Of a stretch of DNA of 64,000 bases, positions 40,257 through 47,079 are shown piece by piece. The stretch lies in the IMG/VR virus record IMGVR_UViG_3300021376_000011. The stretch is one strand, 5' to 3'. The stretch comes from an uncultured virus (IMG/VR IMGVR_UViG_3300021376_000011) (Duplodnaviria > Heunggongvirae > Uroviricota > Caudoviricetes). The translations under genes and the position numbers were made by a program. The notes under the pieces were generated by a model. That model made no database searches. It saw only the letters and a list, made by a program, of their open reading frames with translations, and had not been told where the DNA came from. How positions within the stretch are numbered: position 1 is the stretch's first letter; every line of letters starts with the position of its first letter.

Positions 40257-42329
40257 ATGACAACAAGGAATTTAGTTGCGTTTCAAAAAGGTTTGGTCTG
40301 TTCACCAAACGACGGTCAAGATAATAGAATCGCGGTAGCAACCGTTCAATCCCACTTAATGCAATGGGGTTACATGTTAGACGAAGATGCTTTCTTCGCG
40401 TTGTCCAAATCAGAATTATCGTTTATTCAAAACTTCAATCATGAAGTATTGAATCATTTGAAAAATGTAATGGGTGGTAATCGTAATTACCAACCCCTAT
40501 ATAAGAATTTCCCACAAGAAGTGATGGTTATGTCCGACTTCGAATTATACATGAACGCAATCTTGCATTATTGGAGTAATGGTCAATGGGAACCATCAAC
40601 CCACACTTACGAAAAAGAAATCAAGTTTGAAAAAATTAAATACAACTTGATTAAGTATGGTACCTCTGATAGATTCTCAAAAATTTTCACTGACTTAGTG
40701 TCAATCAACACATCATTAACCCCCCAAGACCTTGAGATTGTTAAGTGGTTTGTATCAAGTGGTGAAACATTGATTTTCCCTGACACAATTCCTTTCAAAG
40801 AGAATTTGTGTACACTTGCGGGAATGGGAATCGAGGGACTTCCAGTAAAGACTTCAACCGACGTGTTAAGAATAGCCGTTCATCTTTCAGGTGGAGACAT
40901 TAGTTTACCTAAAGTTCCTGAAAAGGAAATTAGACTAAACAGATGGTCTACCGATAAAGGAGTAAATCCCGAAAGAGAAAAGTTTAAATTCAAGAAATTC
41001 ACTCGTAAAGAGAGGAAGTACATCTTGAATTTACTTGAGAACACAAACTGTGACCCAAGAGAAATGGTTTTAAGAGACCAACGATGGGTTCGTTTAGGTG
41101 AAATCTTACACCCGGGTGAGTATAAAAACCAATTCCCTAAATCTTTTGATGCGTTCAACAAGATTAGAAACGAGAAAGTAAAATCTTGGTTCTCCCTTGT
41201 AGATGAGGGATTCAAAAAAAGTTTGGAGAATGGTTTGAGAGTATTGTCTCAAAGACCCGGTGAATTCTCTCGTCGATTAGATTGGTTGGTTCGTACATAT
41301 CCACAAGATATTGAAACAATTATGAAATTATTCGGAGAAGCGGTAAAAGGTACATCAAACAAAGTATTGTTTGAGGTTTACACTCACTTTGAAGGTCGTA
41401 CTGAACCTAAAACAAATAGGTCAGTTATGATTAAAGGAGCGAGAAAACGTACCGAATTACCATCACTACAAGCAATCCCTAAAGAGATTGTGGAAACCAT
41501 CCACTCTAAATTATTCGAAACTCTTAGAGATAAGTTTTCGGTAATGGATTCTTTAGGTAACTGTTGGATTGATGAGGAATTAAAAAAGATTCCTTTACCA
41601 ACCAACATGAGAAGTATGAACTTCTCAACTAAACCTACCATCAGAGGTCAACGAGTTCCGCTCGATAACCCCGATGCAAAAGTTATCAGACCATTTATTC
41701 ATTGGATGGATAAACGTGGTTCTGAAGACTTGGATTTAAGTGTTACGTTTGTTGGTGAAAAAGTGTCAGAAGTACTATCTTTCAGTAACTTGAGAGTTGG
41801 TAACTCTGTTCACTCGGGGGACGTGAGACATAGACAGGGTCCTTGTGCGGAGTACATCGACATCGATATTCAAGATGGATTAAATCGTGGATTCAAGTAC
41901 GCGGTTATTGACGTAAGAAACTTCAATGGCGGTAGTTTAAGTTCACTTGAAACATCCTTTGGTATCATGGAGAGAGAACATCCTGAATCAAACACGACAT
42001 GGTTACCTGAGACAATTTCAAATTGTCAATCATTAGAATCTGAGTCGTCAAACACTTTGATTGCAATTATTGACTTAGAAACCAAAGAGTACATCATGTT
42101 GGACATTGATTCAAGTGGTTTTGTAACCGCGAGGAGCGACTTCAATAACACCTTTAAAGTAATTCAACAATACGCTGAATTACCAAAAGTAAGTGTTTAT
42201 GACCTTATTCTTCTACACGTAGAAGGTCGAGGAAAACAAGTTACCCTTGACGAGAATGTGGATACACATTTCAAGTACGAGGACTTCTGTTACTCTTATG
42301 AAGAGACAGGTAAATTGATGGGTGTCTAA
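40257..42329 (+). CDS. Large protein with C-terminal TerD-like domain (resembles the MXAN_6230/SCO0854-type family but lacks the RING)
   Basis: PLYKNFP, FKENL, TSTDVLR, RPGEFSRRLD, then W...DLDLS...HSGD...AEYIDID. Confidence 0.65.
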   Translation: MTTRNLVAFQKGLVCSPNDGQDNRIAVATVQSHLMQWGYMLDEDAFFALSKSELSFIQNFNHEVLNHLKNVMGGNRNYQPLYKNFPQEVMVMSDFELYMNAILHYWSNGQWEPSTHTYEKEIKFEKIKYNLIKYGTSDRFSKIFTDLVSINTSLTPQDLEIVKWFVSSGETLIFPDTIPFKENLCTLAGMGIEGLPVKTSTDVLRIAVHLSGGDISLPKVPEKEIRLNRWSTDKGVNPEREKFKFKKFTRKERKYILNLLENTNCDPREMVLRDQRWVRLGEILHPGEYKNQFPKSFDAFNKIRNEKVKSWFSLVDEGFKKSLENGLRVLSQRPGEFSRRLDWLVRTYPQDIETIMKLFGEAVKGTSNKVLFEVYTHFEGRTEPKTNRSVMIKGARKRTELPSLQAIPKEIVETIHSKLFETLRDKFSVMDSLGNCWIDEELKKIPLPTNMRSMNFSTKPTIRGQRVPLDNPDAKVIRPFIHWMDKRGSEDLDLSVTFVGEKVSEVLSFSNLRVGNSVHSGDVRHRQGPCAEYIDIDIQDGLNRGFKYAVIDVRNFNGGSLSSLETSFGIMEREHPESNTTWLPETISNCQSLESESSNTLIAIIDLETKEYIMLDIDSSGFVTARSDFNNTFKVIQQYAELPKVSVYDLILLHVEGRGKQVTLDENVDTHFKYEDFCYSYEETGKLMGV

Positions 42330-42357
42330 ACTCACCCATTAGTTCTTTGAAATATTA

Positions 42358-42776
42358 TATGTGGCTATGTGAGCCATTGAGAGGATAGTCAACTGACCAT
42401 CACATCAAACCACGGAGTGGTTCTGTTTTGGTCCTTAGCGGTGACAAAAGTATCAATGCAAACGTCTTACTTCTAACAAACAACTATCAGATACGAAAAC
42501 CAGACACACAATTTCCACATAACTTCTTAGACGGCTATGTATTGGGTTACTTCTGCTAGGGGACTAATGTCCCCCCTTCTATAACAATTATATGTTACAT
42601 TACCCGTACTTTTTCCGTCAATCATATTGAGTGGCTATCTATCAACTTACTTCTAAATTTTAAGCAAAAAATCAAAAATTAGTTGTAGTCTTTCCACTTT
42701 TAAAACACACATGGATATGTGTTCAGTTATTTCTACTTTGACCGATAATCAAAACAATTATTGACACAGTTTCCAT
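42358..42776 (+). ncRNA. Array of four related structured RNAs
   Basis: Each unit reads stem-GG-(C/A)TA-stem-TTA(C/T)TTCT-variable loop-stem-TTT-CC-stem, with compensatory changes; units at 42358-42521, 42530-42619, 42629-42699, 42711-42776. Confidence 0.75.
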
Positions 42777-42817
42777 TTTTTAAAAACAACAAAATAAATA
42801 ACATAAAAACAACAATT

Positions 42818-43264
42818 ATGGCAACAAAAACAACTGACCAGAAAGTAAAAGAACTATTCGATTTAGTTCAAAGTAAAAAATTAGCAATTGAAAAAGCTGA
42901 AAGACCTTGTTGGAAAACCAGCGGTAACTTTGGTTATTCAGCGAATTCCGCACATGACAGGACATCAATTCCAACTATCACAGATGTACGTAAAATCGTA
43001 GAGATGTACGCATTTCTGATGGAAAGAAAAGATAAATCCGAAACCGCAGCCAAAGAACTTGGCGTAAACTACAAATTCACATGGTTAGGATTTACTGTCG
43101 ATGAATGGAAAGATGATTTTCAAACAAGAGTAAATCAAATTTTAATTCAAGAAAAACGTAAAGAACTTTCTGAAATTGAATCTCGTTTGAATTCATTAAT
43201 TTCACCCGAGATAAGAGTACAAATGGAATTGGAAGCAATCACGGAGTTACTTAACGAAAAGTAA
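42818..43264 (+). CDS. Hypothetical coiled-coil protein
   Basis: MATKTTDQKVKEL...; ATG 42818 preferred because the 42761 start lies inside RNA unit 4. Confidence 0.7.
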   Translation: MATKTTDQKVKELFDLVQSKKLAIEKAERPCWKTSGNFGYSANSAHDRTSIPTITDVRKIVEMYAFLMERKDKSETAAKELGVNYKFTWLGFTVDEWKDDFQTRVNQILIQEKRKELSEIESRLNSLISPEIRVQMELEAITELLNEK

Positions 43265-43321
43265 TTTCTTGGTTTTTTAAACCAAGTGGTGGAGTCGAAC
43301 CGAGAAACCGGTCGTCCTAAA

Positions 43322-43352
43322 AAGGGGTTGGGTGACTAACCCCTTCTTTTTT
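43322..43352 (+). terminator. Intrinsic terminator
   Basis: AAGGGGTTGG-GTGA-CTAACCCCTT plus U-tract. Confidence 0.8.
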
Positions 43353-43380
43353 AAACATATTTTTTGATATATTTACAAAT

Positions 43381-44100
43381 ATGAGAATAGTATGTATTTC
43401 TGACACCCACTCTTTACACAATGGTATGTTGTATAACATACCACAGGGAGATATTTTGATACACTCAGGAGATTGCACAAATGTCGGACGACAAAATGAT
43501 GTTCGTGATTTTATTAATTGGTTTCAAAATATACAAGGATTTACCCATAAAATTTTCATTGCAGGTAACCACGATTTTGCGTTTCAAAGAAAACCAACAT
43601 GGTTAAATCTTTACATAGACCCATCAATTCTCACAGAAAATAATGTTACTTATTTGGAAGATGGTGAGTTGGAAATTATTAGTTCAGAATTCTCAAGACC
43701 AATAAAAATTTATGGTTCTCCATGGCAACCTGAATTTTTTGATTGGGCATTTAATTTACCAAGAAACGGTGAGGTGTTAAAAGAAAAATGGGACTCAATC
43801 CCAAATAATACCGATATCTTAATAACACATGGTCCACCACATGGAATTAGAGATTTTACACCCAATAATTTACAGGTCGGATGTGAACTTTTAAGAGAGC
43901 GTGTTGAAGTTTTAAAACCACTTTTACATGTTTTTGGTCACATACATGGTGCATATGGTGTTGCAATGATTGGCGATACAGTATTTGCTAACGCATCAAC
44001 TTGTACAGAAAGGTATCGACCAATAAATAAACCATTAGTTTTTGATTTAATCGAAAATGATGGTATATTTACAATAAATTATATAGACGAAGAAAATTAA
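43381..44100 (+). CDS. Metallophosphoesterase (calcineurin-like)
   Basis: ISDTH, HSGD, AGNHD, THGPP, FGHIH. Confidence 0.92.
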   Translation: MRIVCISDTHSLHNGMLYNIPQGDILIHSGDCTNVGRQNDVRDFINWFQNIQGFTHKIFIAGNHDFAFQRKPTWLNLYIDPSILTENNVTYLEDGELEIISSEFSRPIKIYGSPWQPEFFDWAFNLPRNGEVLKEKWDSIPNNTDILITHGPPHGIRDFTPNNLQVGCELLRERVEVLKPLLHVFGHIHGAYGVAMIGDTVFANASTCTERYRPINKPLVFDLIENDGIFTINYIDEEN

Positions 44101-44127
44101 CTATCTTTGTCTTGTTCTTTGACTTAT

Positions 44128-44703
44128 GGGGGTGTATGGAATTGATTGGCGTTGATATGGTAAATGGGCACGTAGTCGGATGTCATCTACGACTTTAATC
44201 CACGGTGGTAAATTTTAAACGGCAACGTTTATAACCAAATGGAAGTAGCAGGTCTTCTTGCGACTTCTAAAGTTGCAGCCTAATTGGTTGTAACTAACGG
44301 GTCGACGGACAGATAACCTTGGAACAGAAGTCCTTGTAGGGTGTGGTTTCTATCCTAAAAGAAACAAAGTGGAAGATTAGTTCTCAGTAAACCGAACCAC
44401 TTTAAAATAAGGGAATTGTGAATTTCGGAGTATTAGAAAATACTGTCCTAAACGTGTAGTCCATTTATTGTATTGCGAGCAAGACGCGGGTTTTTAATCG
44501 AGCCCCTTCATATCGTGAGATATGTCGAAAATCGGATGAACTCAGGGGAAGTCTTTTAGATAATCCTGAGCCAAGCCTGATAGGAACAGGAAGGTGCAGA
44601 GACTAGTGGGTGATAGACGCTTCTATCGTAATACCACATTAGCGTCCGACATCTCGTTGAGATGATGATATAGTCCAATAATTGTCGAAACCCGCCACCT
44701 CCA
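44128..44703 (+). ncRNA. ssrA: tmRNA, interrupted by a group I intron
   Basis: GGGGGTG/CACCTCC-A acceptor with G3:U70; tag ORF 44221-44283 GNVYNQMEVAGLLATSKVAA*; T-arm GCGGGT|TCGAAACCCGC restored by removing 44492-44684. Confidence 0.9.
44492..44684 (+). mobile_element. Group I intron without an ORF (IC3-like core) in the tmRNA T-loop
   Basis: Core elements AATCCTGAGCCAAG, AAGGTGCAGAGACT and GATATAGTCC; exon ends in U, intron ends in G; IGS GCCC pairs the exon GGGU and intron TCGA can pair the 3' exon TCGA. Confidence 0.88.
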
Positions 44704-44717
44704 CATTAAAGGGAACC

Positions 44718-45239
44718 TCAAAAGGGTTCCCTTTTATTTTTAATTAAAATACTAATTAATTCATGAATATACGCATCATCCATTTCATTTTTCATCCAAT
44801 TAATTGCCCTTGAAACCCATCTAACATTTCCTTTAACATAACCTAATTTATTATCTATCCTATCTAAAGACGCAGAATATATTGGATTCTTTTTTATTTT
44901 GGTATATGATGACAACTCTAATTTTATACCACTGAATGGACAAATTCCATTTTGTAAAACCCATTGATTAGACAAATCTTCAATAGTTAAATCAATAATT
45001 TGATTTCTTTTTTTAATATTTCTAAAATGATATTTGAATTTTGAATATTCCCCACCTCTATTATTTGAGTGTCTTTGTATATCGTATCGATTTTTAACGT
45101 TTAATAAATTTTTAGTATTGTTAATACCAACACAATTTCTTGAACAAAAATTAGGTCTATTTAATTTTTTATTACGATTTAATTCAGAATTTGATTTTTC
45201 AAATTCAATCCCACAGCTTGAACAAATACATTTTCCCAT
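44718..45239 (-). CDS. Free-standing putative homing endonuclease (His-Me/HNH-like) with N-terminal Zn ribbon
   Basis: CSSCG...FCSRNC; QNGICPFSG...ASLDRIDNKLGYVKGNVRWVSRAINWMK. Confidence 0.75.
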   Translation of the reverse strand: MGKCICSSCGIEFEKSNSELNRNKKLNRPNFCSRNCVGINNTKNLLNVKNRYDIQRHSNNRGGEYSKFKYHFRNIKKRNQIIDLTIEDLSNQWVLQNGICPFSGIKLELSSYTKIKKNPIYSASLDRIDNKLGYVKGNVRWVSRAINWMKNEMDDAYIHELISILIKNKREPF

Positions 45240-45304
45240 TTTATTACTTTATTATAAATATGGAGATAATGGGAAAAGTATGGAGGTGTTACTAATTAAA
45301 TAAT

Positions 45305-45329
45305 AAACCCACCAATTGGTGGGTTTTTT
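45305..45329. terminator. Likely bidirectional terminator
   Basis: AAACCCACC-AATT-GGTGGGTTT with A/T tracts on both sides. Confidence 0.75.
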
Positions 45330-45478
45330 GTTTTAAGGACACTTTGTCCTCGATATTGTCTTTGAGAGGTATATAACGAACAAAGAGGTCAATTCAGACC
45401 CCTTTGCCGAGATGTGGAATACCTCCTTTCGTTTTTAGTCTAATTATCATCTCATGGCGACCAAACCATTTGATTCTA
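45305..45478 (-). ncRNA. Candidate structured late small RNA containing GAAAGGAGGUAUUCCA
   Basis: Late motif at 45481-45488 pointing leftwards, terminator at 45305-45329, and a hairpin (45381-45406) with G:U on the minus strand but A:C on the plus strand. Confidence 0.55.
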
Positions 45479-45503
45479 ATTATAAATATCTTGTAATCTT
45501 AAT

Positions 45504-46466
45504 TTAGACGTATTTTTTTGCTAAAGTTTTTAATAAACCTATACCTAAAATTCCAGCTAAGGGGTTCACAGATTCCCCTCCTTGATTTGTGTTTGAATCA
45601 CCTTCAATTTGACTTAAATCATCGGGAGTCGTGTTTTGTGCAATGTATTGACTAACTGTTGGGTCATTAGCTAAAGCATTTTTAAATCTATCATCAAGCA
45701 TCGCTCTATCGAGTTGGTTCATACTTAAATTGGGTAAGCCAAACATTTTTGCAACTTGACTTGATATGACAATTGACCTAAACATGTCTTTTCTTGATTG
45801 TCTTCCTGCTCTTGTTATATTCCACCATTTACTCAACCAATTGCTAGGTTCCATACCTTTTTTCGCAATATACTGAGCTAATTTTTCTTCTCTAAAGAAT
45901 GCTTTCATACCTGTTGCCACAGGTCCTCTACCTGACATCATTTTAAGATAACCAGCCGAAGGTTGTGTTGCAATCTCTTTACCAATTCTTTGAGTCATTT
46001 GTACAGGTCTTAATTTAGATGCTGTGGTTTTTAGAGAACTAAGACCATCAGTCATTTTTTGACCCCAACCCTTGTTTATATTTGATACTGAATTTATTGT
46101 TTGTTTTACACCAGCATCGTCAAAGTGTTTTGACATCTTTAAGAATTGTTCTTTCGCACTTGGATTTTGCATCAAGTATTTAGCTAAATCATCACTACTC
46201 CTAAGAGCTGTTTTACCAGCAATACCTGCGCTCTTTAATACTCGAATAAATGGTTTAACTATAAAGTCACCCACTGTAGGTATAAGCGCGACTAACATCA
46301 ATGCTGCGTATAGATATTCTTTTTTATAGATATATCTAATAATCAATATAATGTCAGCGATTTCACCAATTACAGGTACAAATCCCGCTACCATTAGAAT
46401 ATTTTCTAATGTATCTTCTTTTAATACTTTTTTATTTTCTATTATTTGTTTTTTAGTGAATTCCAT
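45504..46466 (-). CDS. Putative head-packaged membrane-active protein
   Basis: VLKE-D site, then hydrophobic hairpin AGFVPVIGEIADII...LIPTVGD (pre-toxin TG-like). Confidence 0.55.
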   Translation of the reverse strand: MEFTKKQIIENKKVLKEDTLENILMVAGFVPVIGEIADIILIIRYIYKKEYLYAALMLVALIPTVGDFIVKPFIRVLKSAGIAGKTALRSSDDLAKYLMQNPSAKEQFLKMSKHFDDAGVKQTINSVSNINKGWGQKMTDGLSSLKTTASKLRPVQMTQRIGKEIATQPSAGYLKMMSGRGPVATGMKAFFREEKLAQYIAKKGMEPSNWLSKWWNITRAGRQSRKDMFRSIVISSQVAKMFGLPNLSMNQLDRAMLDDRFKNALANDPTVSQYIAQNTTPDDLSQIEGDSNTNQGGESVNPLAGILGIGLLKTLAKKYV

Positions 46467-47068
46467 TAGTGAATAAATTTACATATTTTGTCTGATATGG
46501 TTTCACCTATATTAGAATCTTTTATTACTTCACCAAATATATTTCCAGCAAAACCTGAAGATAAACCTCCTAAATTTAATCCGTAATTATTCCTATCTAC
46601 ACCAACAGCAGAACCTGCCACATATCTTGATAAAGCTTCTAATACCCCATCAACCATTTTTGGCATATGAGACATACAATTCGGTTCATCTTTAAAAGGT
46701 TTAAGTATGTCTCTAACATCATAATCAGCAAAAACCACTGAGATGGTTGTAATCATTCCTTGATTCTTACCACCAAAAATAAATGTTAATAATAGATTGA
46801 TTGCGTACTCTTTCAATTGCGAACCACCCGCACTTAATAAATCATCACCAGTTAAGTCAAGACCCGATAATGGATTTTCAACTTCATTAAGTACAGACTC
46901 AACTTCTTCAAAGGAATATCCTTCATTTAAAAGACCAGAGGTTATAACAAAGTATCTTTCAAGAAAATACTCCTTATCTCTGATGTCATTTAATTCATCA
47001 TAAGATTCGTACAACTTTCTTTCTCTTTCTTCGAGTAGAGTTTCTTTAATGTATTTCCTTAATTCCAT
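46466..47068 (-). CDS. Hypothetical protein
   Basis: 200-aa ORF with several LxE sites at the N-terminus. Confidence 0.6.
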   Translation of the reverse strand: MELRKYIKETLLEERERKLYESYDELNDIRDKEYFLERYFVITSGLLNEGYSFEEVESVLNEVENPLSGLDLTGDDLLSAGGSQLKEYAINLLLTFIFGGKNQGMITTISVVFADYDVRDILKPFKDEPNCMSHMPKMVDGVLEALSRYVAGSAVGVDRNNYGLNLGGLSSGFAGNIFGEVIKDSNIGETISDKICKFIH

Positions 47069-47079
47069 TGTCTATATTT

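Noticed and set aside
42481..42750. 10-nt matches of the unit 1 and unit 4 loops elsewhere in the window (near 2049, 35182 and 18711)
   Set aside because: Too short to be distinguished from chance in 64 kb of AT-rich DNA
42358..42776. CRISPR array interpretation of the repeated GGCTA...TTACTTCT motifs
   Set aside because: There are no identical 25-40 bp direct repeats and no cas genes; conservation is at the level of pairing around the variable part
45415..45430. rRNA gene fragment
   Set aside because: Similarity is limited to 16 nt and the flanks lack helix 45 and other 16S sequence; kept as a finding about complementarity only
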